A DNA stretch of 64,000 bases from an uncultured Hormoscilla sp. GTDB taxonomy: Bacteria > Cyanobacteriota > Cyanobacteriia > Cyanobacteriales > Desertifilaceae. The DNA lies in the NCBI GenBank assembly GCA_963921275.4, contig OZ001293.3, positions 2,528,001-2,592,000 on the forward strand, in the 5' to 3' direction. Positions 47,885-59,219 of the stretch are shown piece after piece. Under the pieces are notes generated by a model. That model saw nothing but the letters and a program-made list of their open reading frames with translations. It was not told the origin of the DNA and ran no database searches. A program made the position numbers and the translations under genes. Position 1 is the first letter of the stretch. Each line of letters begins with the position of its first letter.

Positions 47885-48232
47885 ACATGCTATGGCTTGT
47901 TCTGCTGTTGGGTAAGTGGTCGGATCTCCTTAATTATGACACAGATACTATAATACTATCGCTATTCGAGCATTGCAGGCATAGTTTTTAGGAACGAGGG
48001 AAAAAATATTACTTCGAGATTTATCACCAATACATTGCCTGATCGTTTGTCTGATATCATGTCCATGATCCTTGGCATTCTCACATAGCTCCAGCAACGG
48101 GCGATCGCGTGCCGGTGCATTCCGGGGTAGGGCATGAAAAGTAGGGAGTGGGGAGTTCCGAGTGGGGAGTGAAAAACCCCAACGCCATTCTCCTCTACTC
48201 TCTACTCCCCACTCCCTAACCGAGAAGTATTG

Positions 48233-48822
48233 GGGTTTCTTTGACTATCTCGGTGGAGATGCGAAAATCACCTCCCAGAAACCCGGTTTCTGGTCTGCTC
48301 GCGATCGGGGAGCGTTCCGATGGGAGCTGAGAAACCGGGTTTCTTTGACTATCTCAGTGGGAATGCGAAAATCATCGTAGAAACCCGGTTTTTGGCCCGC
48401 TCGCGTCCGCGCTGCGTGCGCGCAGCGCATTCGTGTTCTGATGGGAGCTGAGAAACCGGGTTTCTTTGACCATCTTGGTGGGGATACGAAAATCATCGCA
48501 GAAACCGGGTTTCTGGTCTTGCCGCGATCGTGTTCCGGTGCCAGTTGAGAAACCGGGTTTCTTTGACTATCTCGGTAGGGATGCAAAAATCACCTCCCAG
48601 AAACCCGGTTTCTGGTCTGCTCGCGATCGGGGGGCGTTCCGGTGGGACTTGAGAAACCGGGTTTCTTTGAATATCTCGGTGGGAATGCGAAAATCACCTC
48701 CCAGAAACCGGGTTTCTGGTCTGACCGCGATCGGGGGGCGATCCGATGCCAGCTGAGAAACCGGGTTTCTTTGAATATCTCGGTGGGGATACGAAAATCA
48801 CCTCCCAGAAACCCGGTTTCTG
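48233..48822. repeat. tandem array of ~100-bp units built on AGAAACC(C/G)GGTTTCT palindromes
   Basis: about 6 units with alternating homologous spacers; solo pair at 12485-12520. Confidence 0.85.
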
Positions 48823-49050
48823 ACCTGCTCGCGATCGCCCATCGCATGGGACTATCCAAAGGCGCAGTTCCTGACGGTTCGGAGTATACCTGACATGTCA
48901 AGGAGCTAGGGGGTTGACAATCAAAAATCAATCAGCTACTCTAAATAGAGTGCGATCGCGATCGTCGTCAGCATATCCACCAGATCGAATTTAGACTCTA
49001 TGAGTATCAATGTAGCGGGTGCATCTGGTGAGAAGCAAAAATATTAATGT

Positions 49051-49153
49051 CGTAGGTTGGGTCTCCGCACGAAACCCAACCCGCGAGATGTTGTTAGCGT
49101 AGCGAAGCGTGTGTCGCGCTTGTTGGGTTTCAAGAGCGTCAACCCAACCTACG
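49051..49153. repeat. GTAG-type REP doublet
   Basis: CGTAGGTTGGG..AACCCAAC..GTTGGGTT..CCCAACCTACG; related hairpin at 58561-58596. Confidence 0.7.
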
Positions 49154-49543
49154 AATGAACAACGCTTTCTTTAGAAGATGAAGAAAAAGCTCAGGAATTT
49201 TTGAGAGGCATTATTCAACTTATTGAATTCTCCGAACCTTACGATCGCGCAGCGTGCGCGCAGCGCATTCTTGATTAGTGCTGCATGTTACAAGTGAAAT
49301 TTCACCTCTTTCACCTATTCCGGGTTCTGCGCTTCCAGCTAGCTTCGCCAAGAGACCGGTTATCAGGGGCGATCGCCCGGCGAAAAAACACTTGACAAGT
49401 ATGAGATATTTGTGCTATAGAGTATGGGAGGAGATGATGGCGCGGGTTGGATTGAAATAAATGTATTATATTTGTGGTATGATTGCCCCAAAGCAAGTAA
49501 AATAGACTCAATTGCAAGACCAGGTAACTGGGGAGGTACGCCT

Positions 49544-51268
49544 ATCGAAACTATCTACGGAAATCTTCAGGGTCTCAAACCAAGTCAACTGAAGCAGTTA
49601 CAACGACTTTATCATCAGCGCCTTCCGGGCGATCGCCTGACAACGGCAGAATTTGCCCAGCGACTGGCGGCGATCGGCACGGAAATCAACCAACCCCTCT
49701 GTAGCTACATTAATCGCCGGGGACAGGTAATTCGTGTCGGGGTGGGGACTCCCCGCCAAACCCAAATACCGCCTTTGGAGTTACCTCGCTACGGTGCGGA
49801 ACGACTCTGCGGTATTCGCTGCATTGCTACCCAGTTGAAGTCTCACCCTCCGAGTGAAGATACTTTGACAGCAATGGCCATCCAGCGTTTAGATGCATTG
49901 GTCGTTCTCACTCTCACGGGGGGTGGGTTTACTCGCCGAGGTGGTGGGGCGACGGGTTACGTAAAAGAAGCATATTTAGCCCATCTCGTCCCCTATCCCG
50001 TCCGCGTAGCGTGCGCGCAGCGCATAGCAACCTGGACTCTTTCCCCTGTCCTGAGTCTGGACGAACTGGGCGATCGGGATTTTCTGGACTTAGTGTCCGG
50101 ACTGGAAGAGGAGTTCCGCCGGGAATATGTGGCCCAAAAGGGGCGACTCGTGGACCGCGATCGGGTGCTGCTAGTGGGTCTGAGGACGGATGATATCGGG
50201 TCCAGTCGGTTTGAAAATGGTTTAGCAGAATTGACGCGGTTGGTGGAAACTGCTGGTGGCGATGTGTTGGAGGTGATGCGCCAAAGGCGATCGCGCCCCC
50301 ATCCCCAAACCGTAGTCGGTGCAGGGAAGGTGCAAGAAATAGCCTTAACAGTGCAAACAATAGGGGCGAATTTAGTGGCCTTTGACCGAGACCTCTCCCC
50401 GGCCCAAGTCCGGAACCTGGAAGTGCAGACAGGGGTGCGAGTGGTAGACCGAACAGAGGTAATTTTGGATATTTTTGCCCAACGGGCTCAATCTCGGGCT
50501 GGTAAATTACAGGTGGAACTTGCCCAACTGGAGTATACCCTACCCCGTTTGACAGGACGCGGTCAAGCTATGTCCCGACTGGGGGGCGGTATCGGGACTA
50601 GGGGTCCGGGAGAAACTAAGTTGGAAACGGAACGCCGCGCGATCGGGCGGCGCATTTCCCGACTGCAACAGGAAGTTAATCAACTGCAAGCACATCGATC
50701 GCGACTGCGGAGTCAGCGACAGCATCGGGAAGTTCCCAGTATAGCAGTGGTGGGCTATACAAATGCGGGCAAGTCTACCCTGCTGAATACATTAACTAAT
50801 GCGGAAGTTTACACCGCAGACCAGCTATTTGCGACCCTGGACCCCACTACCCGACGGTTGGTAGTGAACGATGGGGAAACGGGGGAGGCGCGGACAATTT
50901 TGCTGACAGATACGGTAGGGTTTATTCACGAACTGCCACCACCATTGATCGATGCTTTTCGTGCCACCTTGGAGGAAGTAACGGAAGCTGACGCCTTGCT
51001 GCATCTGGTGGATCTCTCCCATCCCGCTTGGCAGAGTCACATCCGATCGGTGATGAGTCTGCTATCGGAAATGCCAGTCACTCCCGGACCAGCATTGGTA
51101 GTATTTAATAAGATTGACGAGGTAGATGGAGATACGCTGGCATTGGCCCAAGAGGAGTTTCCCCAAGCGCTATTTATTTCCGCTAGTCAGCGCTTGGGAC
51201 TGAAAACCCTCCGTCAGAAACTCGCCCAGCTAGTTCAATATGCTGTTGCTTCTATACCCCCACCCTAA
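49544..51268 (+). CDS. hflX: GTPase HflX (long cyanobacterial form); probable ATC start
   Basis: ILDIFAQRA, GPGETKLE, GYTNAGKS, DTVGF, NKID; GGAGG before ATC-GAA-ACT. Confidence 0.95.
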   Translation: METIYGNLQGLKPSQLKQLQRLYHQRLPGDRLTTAEFAQRLAAIGTEINQPLCSYINRRGQVIRVGVGTPRQTQIPPLELPRYGAERLCGIRCIATQLKSHPPSEDTLTAMAIQRLDALVVLTLTGGGFTRRGGGATGYVKEAYLAHLVPYPVRVACAQRIATWTLSPVLSLDELGDRDFLDLVSGLEEEFRREYVAQKGRLVDRDRVLLVGLRTDDIGSSRFENGLAELTRLVETAGGDVLEVMRQRRSRPHPQTVVGAGKVQEIALTVQTIGANLVAFDRDLSPAQVRNLEVQTGVRVVDRTEVILDIFAQRAQSRAGKLQVELAQLEYTLPRLTGRGQAMSRLGGGIGTRGPGETKLETERRAIGRRISRLQQEVNQLQAHRSRLRSQRQHREVPSIAVVGYTNAGKSTLLNTLTNAEVYTADQLFATLDPTTRRLVVNDGETGEARTILLTDTVGFIHELPPPLIDAFRATLEEVTEADALLHLVDLSHPAWQSHIRSVMSLLSEMPVTPGPALVVFNKIDEVDGDTLALAQEEFPQALFISASQRLGLKTLRQKLAQLVQYAVASIPPP

Positions 51269-51345
51269 AGGGTGGAGCTACAGGAACAAAGTCCGCCAGC
51301 GCGGGCTTCAGAATATTGGTATAATATCGGAGAGATGCAAAAAAT

Positions 51346-51634
51346 ATGACCAGTATCACTATCAGTAACGTTGATGACAACCTCTTATCCCGCTTACAAA
51401 AGCGAGCAGAAGATCGCGGACTTTCCCTGGAAGAAGAGGTCAAAGAAATACTCCGGGCCGCCGTATTAACAGAAAACAACTCTAAACCATTAAATCTTGC
51501 CGTTCGCGCAGCGTGGCGCAGCCATAGCCATTGAGCGACGTTTTGCCCATTTTGGGGATTTTGAAATACCCACGATCGTCAGAGAACTCATGCGCGAACA
51601 TCCTAATTTTGAGGATTTACATGATTATACTTGA
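51346..51634 (+). pseudogene. FitA-like ribbon-helix-helix antitoxin, frameshifted by a 22-nt insert
   Basis: ITISNVDD..LQKRA..SLEEEVKEIL; continues AIERRFA..REHPNF in a shifted frame. Confidence 0.8.
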
Positions 51635-52033
51635 CACAAATGTATTATCAGAACTGATGAATTTAACAGGATCTAAAGTTGTTCGTCAATGGGTGGCAGC
51701 ACAAGCAATAATGAATCTTTTTACAACCACCATAACTCAAGTTGAAATTCTCTATGGCATTGCTTTATTACCCTCTGAAAAACGTAAAAATGAACTCAGC
51801 AAAACGGCGGAACGGATGTTTTATCAAGATTTGGCAGGGCGGATTTTATCCTTTGATGAAAAAGCGGTGATCGCTTTTGCTATGATAGCTAGTAAAAGAA
51901 GACGAACAGGTTCCCCTATCTCCCCAGATGATGCTCAAATAGCAAGTATTTGTTATACCCATCAAGCAACGATCGCCACTGGCAATGTTTCTGATGCGGT
52001 ATTTTAATCATTAATCCTTGGGAACCTGACTAA
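51621..52033 (+). pseudogene. VapC/FitB PIN toxin, C-terminal frameshift
   Basis: MIILDTNVLSELM, DAQIASI, ATGNVSD; terminal IINPWE out of frame. Confidence 0.75.
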
Positions 52034-52125
52034 CAAGCTTTGTTAACTATTTTATGCTGTGAGGGGCAATTAACCGGATTTGTTATAATAGTATAGAGGC
52101 GATCGCCAGGAGAAAGTAAAAAGCC

Positions 52126-52749
52126 ATGACTCAAGCAATAGCAAAATCTGAACTAATGACCCTAGAGGAATTTCTGGAATGGGTTCCCGATGACGGTCAG
52201 CGCCGTTACGAACTACATAAAGGAGATATTATAGAAATGCAACCCACAGGCCCCCACGAACAAGTAATTGGTTGGTTAGTCGTTAAATTGGGAGTACAAA
52301 TAGAAAGTCGAGAACTTCCCTACTTGCTTGCTACTAGATGCATCATCAAGTCAATTAATTCAGATTATTCGGGATTTAATCCAGATCTGACAATTATCGA
52401 TATAAAAGCTTTAGAAAACGAGCCCCTGTGGAAAAAGCGATCGACCATTACCAAGAGAGAAACTGTCAAGTTAGCCATAGAAGTAGTCAGCACAAATTGG
52501 CAAGATGATTATTTAATGAAGGTTTTTGAATATGAAACAATGGGAATAGGAAAATATTGGATAATTGATTATTTAGGTTTAGGTGGCAAACGATTTATCG
52601 GCAACCCCAAACAGCCTACTTTTTTTGTTTATCAAATGGTAGAGGGTGAATATGAGGTAAAAATGTTTAGAGAGAACGATCGCATTGAATCGACAATATT
52701 TCCAGATTTAAATTTAACTGCCGATCTGGTGTTTGAGGCTGGCCGATAA
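52126..52749 (+). CDS. Uma2-family endonuclease
   Basis: PD..IEVVSTNWQDDY..GIGKYWIIDY. Confidence 0.9.
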   Translation: MTQAIAKSELMTLEEFLEWVPDDGQRRYELHKGDIIEMQPTGPHEQVIGWLVVKLGVQIESRELPYLLATRCIIKSINSDYSGFNPDLTIIDIKALENEPLWKKRSTITKRETVKLAIEVVSTNWQDDYLMKVFEYETMGIGKYWIIDYLGLGGKRFIGNPKQPTFFVYQMVEGEYEVKMFRENDRIESTIFPDLNLTADLVFEAGR

Positions 52750-52941
52750 AACCGTGGTAGAGGGAGAGAGGGGTGCGGTCGAATCTATGATTTGCAGTCG
52801 ATACACCGAGAAGTAAATTTGTCAAGTGCGATCGCCAGACCGATGTCATGGGTAAAACACCGCCAAAAAAGCTGTAATTGAGGGACTAATAGATATAGAA
52901 TAGAAAGGAAAGCTATGGCTGTGTCCGAGGAGAGTAGTAGA

Positions 52942-53196
52942 ATGTCGAAGATCGAAATATACACGTGGAGCACTTGTCCCTTTTGCATTCGTGCCAAAGG
53001 TTTGCTCAATAAGAAAGGGGTCGAGTACACGGAATACTGCATTGATGGCGATCGGGAGGCCAGGAAGAAAATGGCCGATCGTGCCAATGGACGCACCTCT
53101 TTGCCTCAGATTTTTATCAATGACCAGCATATCGGCGGTTGCGACGATATCTACGAGTTAGAGTTTCAGGGTGAACTCGACCCCCTGCTAAAATAA
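52942..53196 (+). CDS. grxC: glutaredoxin 3
   Basis: CPFC, LPQIFI, GGCDD. Confidence 0.95.
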   Translation: MSKIEIYTWSTCPFCIRAKGLLNKKGVEYTEYCIDGDREARKKMADRANGRTSLPQIFINDQHIGGCDDIYELEFQGELDPLLK

Positions 53197-53446
53197 TCAT
53201 TGGTCAGCTCAATGGTATAGACGCCCCCACTCTCAAGGATGGGGCCTTATGTTCAAAGCCCGCCTGGGGGGGCTAATACCATCTTTTAAAAGATATGATA
53301 GACTGACTTGATTAGGCACTCCTGACAAGGAGGCGGGAGCCTCAGAGGACCGTTACCAGGTTCTACCTGGTAACGAGAGAGTCGCCGTTTTTCTCTATCA
53401 TAACTTTAGCAAATTGGTATAAGATAAAGAGAAGCGTAAGAAAATT

Positions 53447-54415
53447 ATGAAATTTGCCTTTATTATTGACCCTATCTCGCATCTGGATCCAACTCACGAC
53501 ACGAGTGTGGCGATGATGGAAGCTGCACAAATTCTAGGTCATCAGGTCTGGATTACTGAGGCGAATCAACTGCATGTTATTGATGGTAAGGCGTGGGCGC
53601 TTTTGCAGTCGGTGCAGCTAACACCTGTGCAGTTGGCAGAGGGACGCTGGGTGGCCCAGTCCCCTTGGTTTCAGGTGGGCGATCGCACATTACAATGCCT
53701 TGAGGAGATGGACGCGGTGTTCGTGCGCACTGACCCACCTGTGACCATTGCTTATCTCTATGCTACCTATATTCTAGATTACATTGACCCTGCCAAAACC
53801 TTAGTACTTAATTCACCCAAGGGGTTGCGGAATGCTAATGAGAAAATGTATGCTCTCCAGTTTACAGAGGCAATTCCCGAAACGATCGTCAGTGCGGATA
53901 AGCAGGTAATCCGAGATTTTATGGAGCAGAAAGGCCAGGTCGTGCTCAAACCTCTGGGAGGGAAAGCGGGTGAGGGTATTTTATTGCTAGAAGAGGGCGA
54001 TCGCAATTTCAATTCTCTGGTCGAAATCAGCACTCAGCAAGGCATAAATCCGGTAATGGTGCAGACTTTCTTGCCTGCTGCCAAAGATGGAGATAAGCGA
54101 ATTATTCTCCTGAATGGCGAACCTATAGGGGCAGTAAATCGCATTCCGACTGAGGCAGAATTTCGGGGGAATATGGCAGTTGGGGGCCGGGTTGCTAAGG
54201 TAGAAATTACGGAACGAGAGCGAGAAATTTGCGCTCAGTTGGCACCTGTGCTGCAACGGGATGGTTTATATTTTGTTGGCATTGACGTAATTGGTGGCTA
54301 TCTGACAGAGGTGAATGTTACCAGTCCCACGGGCGTGCGGGAAGTTGACCGCTTGGATGGCGTGCAGTTGGGACAAAAGGTGATTGCATGGGCAGTTGAG
54401 AAACAAGGGGGATGA
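53447..54415 (+). CDS. gshB: glutathione synthetase
   Basis: RTDPP, NANEK, KPLGGKAG, EVNVTSPTG. Confidence 0.96.
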   Translation: MKFAFIIDPISHLDPTHDTSVAMMEAAQILGHQVWITEANQLHVIDGKAWALLQSVQLTPVQLAEGRWVAQSPWFQVGDRTLQCLEEMDAVFVRTDPPVTIAYLYATYILDYIDPAKTLVLNSPKGLRNANEKMYALQFTEAIPETIVSADKQVIRDFMEQKGQVVLKPLGGKAGEGILLLEEGDRNFNSLVEISTQQGINPVMVQTFLPAAKDGDKRIILLNGEPIGAVNRIPTEAEFRGNMAVGGRVAKVEITEREREICAQLAPVLQRDGLYFVGIDVIGGYLTEVNVTSPTGVREVDRLDGVQLGQKVIAWAVEKQGG

Positions 54416-55162
54416 GGGGCAGGGAAAACCCACGCTTCGCTAAATTTTATTTACAAAAACGATAAATTATGATCCGTACCAATAGATCATAAAATTTGAC
54501 AAAAAATTTGCCCTATGGTAGAAGACTTCAAAGTGGCCTAAAAATTTGGTATACTTTGTGTGATGCAATATATAGCTCCCCAGCCATCAAAAGTGGAGAC
54601 ATCCTGGGGAAAAAATCGCCCAAACCATTGCCGGGTAATGATTTGGGGGTGTGGTCAATATGTAGCGATTTGACTACGGTCCTGTGTCCCCCCTTTTGTG
54701 CTCCTAGTGCTCCGGAGGGACAGAGCCCGCCCTGGATTTCAGGCGCTAAAATTACTACTCGTGACCCACTACCCATCGCTCCCTTTCTGCATTACTTGAG
54801 TTTGTGGACTTTATGAGCTTCCACTATACTTCTTTAACCAAGCGACGATGCGGGTGGCAACCGTAGTATCATCAGGCTGGTAAATATTTTTCGCCACAGT
54901 TGCTACTTGATAGAGTACTTAGAACAGACAGTAATATTGGAAATGTTGAGCTTTTCCGGTACTAAATCGATGCTCCATATATCTACCTTAGCAAGTCCCC
55001 CAGCCAAGTTGCAGCTCCTGTTAATAATTCTTTACATGGCGTTGCACAATGACGGGATGATGGTAATAGTAGAGGCAGAGTCGAGGCGTAAATCCTTCCC
55101 AGGCTGAGCTTGGGAACGAGGGTAAGCTAGAAACAAGGGTAGAGGAATCATTAATCAGAAAT

Positions 55163-56530
55163 ATGGCTAATGCTCATGTGATCGGACTGGGAAAATCGGG
55201 AATAGCAGCAGCAAGACTGCTAAAACGGGAAGGGTGGCGGGTGACGGTGAGCGATCGGGCCACGTCAGACAGCCTGCGCCAACAGCAGCAGCAACTCCAG
55301 AGTGAAGGAATAGCAGTACAACTGAATTATGCCTTCGATCTGGCAGTCCTGGAAAAACCTCAGCTAATTGTTGTCAGTCCCGGCGTCCCTTGGGATGCGC
55401 CTGTATTAGTCGCAGCTAGAGATCGAGGAATTGAGACAATAGGAGAAATGGAACTGGCGTGGCGACATCTGAAATCTTGCCCCTGGGTTGCCATCACTGG
55501 CACGAACGGCAAAACTACTACGACATTTTTAATTGCTGCCATCTTTCAAGCAGCAGGTTTGCAGGCACCCGCCTGTGGTAATATCGGTTATGCTGCCTGT
55601 GAGTTGGCCTTAAGACCGGGTAAATCTCCAGATTGGATAATTGCCGAACTCAGCAGCTATCAAATCGAATCATCCCCAGGAGTTACACCTATAATTGGCG
55701 TCTGGACGACCTTTACTCCCGACCATCTCAGTCGCCATAAAACCCTGGAAAATTACTACGATATTAAGGCAAGTCTGCTACGGAGATCGCAGCTACAAGT
55801 TATAAATGGGGACGATGGCTATTTGCGCCAGATGGGTTTGACTCAATGGCGTTCTGCTTGCTGGACGACGGTGAAAGGTAAAGGACAGTTGTTGGGCGAT
55901 CGCGCCCAAGGGGTCTATATTCAGGATAGATGGGTGATAGCCCAGGGCGAACCCATTGTCCCCGCTGCGGCGCTACGGATGCCAGGTATGCACAATCAGC
56001 AAAATATGTTGATGGCGATCGCGGCGGCAAGATTTGCGGGAATAGAGAAAGAGGCGATCGCCCGGGCCATTAGGGAATTTCCAGGAGTACCTTATCGGTT
56101 AGAACTAATTAGAACCTACCAGAAGATTGACTTGATTAACGATAGCAAAGCGACTAATTACGACGCGGCCCAAGTAGGATTATCCTCTGTAAATAGTCCG
56201 GCAATTTTGATTGCTGGGGGCCAAGCAAAGGAGGGAGACGATATCCTCTGGATGCAAACCATTAAAGGGAAGGCCGCAGCAGTGTTACTCATTGGCGATG
56301 CTGCGGAACAGTTTGCTAAACGCTTGCAACAGATTGGTTACGAATCTTATGTAATTGTCGAAACTCTGGATAAAGCGGTACTCAAAGCAGTAGAATTAGC
56401 GCAACAATATCGGGCCAAAGTAGTCCTGCTTTCTCCCGCTTGCGCTAGTTTTGACCAGTATCGCAACTTTGAAGAACGGGGGGAACATTTCCGTCAGCTT
56501 TGTCAGCAACTAGAGAGTTTATGCATTTAA
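55163..56530 (+). CDS. murD: UDP-MurNAc-L-Ala:D-Glu ligase
   Basis: [41 protein letters not shown]. Confidence 0.96.
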   Translation: MANAHVIGLGKSGIAAARLLKREGWRVTVSDRATSDSLRQQQQQLQSEGIAVQLNYAFDLAVLEKPQLIVVSPGVPWDAPVLVAARDRGIETIGEMELAWRHLKSCPWVAITGTNGKTTTTFLIAAIFQAAGLQAPACGNIGYAACELALRPGKSPDWIIAELSSYQIESSPGVTPIIGVWTTFTPDHLSRHKTLENYYDIKASLLRRSQLQVINGDDGYLRQMGLTQWRSACWTTVKGKGQLLGDRAQGVYIQDRWVIAQGEPIVPAAALRMPGMHNQQNMLMAIAAARFAGIEKEAIARAIREFPGVPYRLELIRTYQKIDLINDSKATNYDAAQVGLSSVNSPAILIAGGQAKEGDDILWMQTIKGKAAAVLLIGDAAEQFAKRLQQIGYESYVIVETLDKAVLKAVELAQQYRAKVVLLSPACASFDQYRNFEERGEHFRQLCQQLESLCI

Positions 56531-56815
56531 TTGATTACATTATTGTCGGGTTCTACCTGTTGGAGATCGTCCTGTTTGGCATTTTAATCCAGCGAAAATT
56601 TTCCGCTGGAAGAGAATCTTACTTCCTGGACGATCGCAAAATACCTTGGTGGATATTGGGGGCTTCCGAGATGGCTTCCAATACCGACATTGCGGGGACA
56701 ATGTTGATAACATCCTTAATCTACGCCTTGGGAACGAAGGGATTTTTTATCGAGATCCGGGGTGGCATTGTCTTAATTATGGCAATGTTCATGATTTTTT
56801 TTATGGGCAAGTGGG
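56521..56815 (+). pseudogene. sodium:solute symporter N-terminal fragment
   Basis: [24 protein letters not shown]; similarity ends after about 95 aa. Confidence 0.7.
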
Positions 56816-57082
56816 GGTGCGATTCGTTGGCTCGAAACTTCGCCGGGCAACCGGTGATAGGGGATGAGCCACACAGGTCTTCTTTCCTAGAGACCGTGAT
56901 AACTCATAGATGATGGCGGTGACGCCTGCCGAGCCAACTGGCGAAGACAGCAATTGGTCCTTAAAGAAGCCCGAGAAACTGTCAAGTAGATTGCCATTAA
57001 TCACGGAGCGCAGCCAGGAAAAAGTGGGGCTTAAAAAGCACGATAAACAGTGAAATCACATTACCACTGCTCTACAATATAC

Positions 57083-58207
57083 TCAATCGGTAACTCGCCA
57101 AATTTTCACGCTTTTCTTGTGAACACTGGCCAAAAATCGACCATCAGGACTAAAGGCGATTCTTTTGGGTTCATCGATTAGGGGGAAAACTAAAGTACGA
57201 ATGACTCGTTGCGTCTCCACATCCCAAACCACGATCGTCTCGTTGTAAACAACCGCCAATTCCCATCCGGGCTGAATAGGTTTGCAGAGCGAAAACCCGA
57301 AAAAGTGCAAGCCTTACTCAAGGTTGCGATTTCGAGACCTGTTTTTGTACTCCAAAGCTGCACTCCACTCATCCCATGGCCGCAATCATTTGTCACCAGT
57401 CGTTCTTGCTCCAGAGAGAAGGCCGTCGCGGGTTTTTCCCGTTCGCAGTGACTGGAACTACAACTGGAAAAAGGAATCAGCTCGATCGCAAACCGTTTCG
57501 AGAGTTGTCCTGTAGTCAGATTCCATTTTTCCAGTGACAGGGAATTTTCATGGCGGGTATGCTGTAAGTTAGTCGTCAAGAGCAAGAATTGGTTATCGGG
57601 GCTAAAGGCGATCGCGTCTACCCATTTTAAATCCTGCAAGTGCAACACCCGTTCCCCTGTAGTCATCCTCCAAACAGCAACTTCTTTCTCTTTAACTAAA
57701 GTCAATAATTTATTGTCCCCACTGAACGCGATCGTTTCCCAATCTTTACCTACCTTCAACCAACCTTGACTATTTTCCCAGTCTGTATTTAATTTTCTCG
57801 TCTCCCAAATATAGCCACAACCCACTAATATCTTACCATCAGGACTAAATTGAAGGGGACATGAATAGGAGAATTTTTGAAATTTTATTTCCTGCCGTAT
57901 CTCCCGACTTTTAACATCCCAAAGTACAACTTTAGGATCTTTTATTCCGGAAGAATAAGAATCTTTCCATCCGGCGATCGCCAAAGTATTCTTCTCCCAT
58001 GCTAATCGACGGGGGAGAAGGCAAATTTGCGAGTTTAATCTCCGACACCAGAAACCGCCTCGAAATTAATACCAAAGAATTTGCATACCCAATGAAGCTG
58101 AAAAAAACAGCAAAAATACCAATGATAGGCATTACTGGAGCTAAAGGTATTATAAATCGATAGTGTGGGATTTGAGAGATTTCTTTGAATCTCGCAAAAA
58201 CCCACAT
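57083..58207 (-). pseudogene. WD40-repeat protein, frameshifted
   Basis: FSPDG..W repeats spread over three overlapping frames. Confidence 0.7.
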
Positions 58208-58750
58208 TAAAATTTAATTTTTCGCTCTAAGTTAAGTGGATCAAAATGTCTTTTAAATGGCAAGAGAATAATCTAAATCACTGACCAAATGCAAGCAGAT
58301 AATAAAAACATGCCCGAACAATTTGTCCCCCTTGAATCGCCCTCCAGCAACGCTTTAGTGGTCTCATCACTTCCTCTCTGTATTGCTACAACACCCTAAT
58401 GCTAGCACAAAAGGGCTATTACCGCAACCTCTCCCACGCTGTTCTAGATGCTCTAGGGCTTCATCTACTGCGTTCTTTAGCTTTACTTTCCCTCTTACTT
58501 TACCCATAATTTCACCTTCACATTAATATTATCATAATCTTAATCGGCGATTCTGGTACTTGGTAGGTTGGGTAAAGCATAGTTACCCAACCTACCAAGC
58601 TAGCTGTAACCGTAATTGTAGGGTAATTTAACGCCCGATAGGTCAATAATAGCCCAATGAATGGATGGAGTATAGCGGTCTATATCTAAACGAAATATCC
58701 AGTTATTCTCGACAGTTTCTCCATTTTATGGCAGGTATTGGTAGTGGCTG

Positions 58751-59182
58751 CTAACATAAAATCATCTTAGAGGTAGGGTCGTTCATCCACGATCGCACCT
58801 CTTGGGTAGCAGCAGGGGCAATTTTAGCATCGTAGGGTAAATCCGCCTTTGAGTCATGCATCCAGTCACGAATTAGATCGCTAGCATTACTGTTATCTGG
58901 AACGTCAGGCAAATCAAATGCCTCCGGATCTGCGAGGATAGTTCCCACAGGAGAATCATAGTTTCTGCCATCTTCCAGAAAGCTTTGTATCCCCCGCTTC
59001 AGGGCCTCAAGAAAACTCATCTTGCCGCCGAGGGCCGTCTGCGCTTCAAGAGCAGTTGGGTCGGCCTCAACTACCAATTGGGGTACGCCGAAAGCAGCTT
59101 TGATATCTGATATTGTTTCCATTGCTTGTCCGATCTGTGGTATTCTATAATCAAACTCCTTCATCGGCGCCATTTCCGTCAT
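58751..59182 (-). CDS. hypothetical protein or fragment
   Basis: 143-aa ORF directly after a GAGATGCACCC element end. Confidence 0.4.
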   Translation of the reverse strand: MTEMAPMKEFDYRIPQIGQAMETISDIKAAFGVPQLVVEADPTALEAQTALGGKMSFLEALKRGIQSFLEDGRNYDSPVGTILADPEAFDLPDVPDNSNASDLIRDWMHDSKADLPYDAKIAPAATQEVRSWMNDPTSKMILC

Positions 59183-59219
59183 CTTTGCCTGCCAAAAATG
59201 AGATGCACCCTGCCTTGTT

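Noticed and set aside
48233..48822. CRISPR array
   Set aside because: Spacers are homologous and alternate, the repeat is only 15 nt, and no cas genes are present
54420..55070. ncRNA or ORFs between gshB and murD
   Set aside because: Only weak hairpins and an isolated IS1 end; nothing supportable
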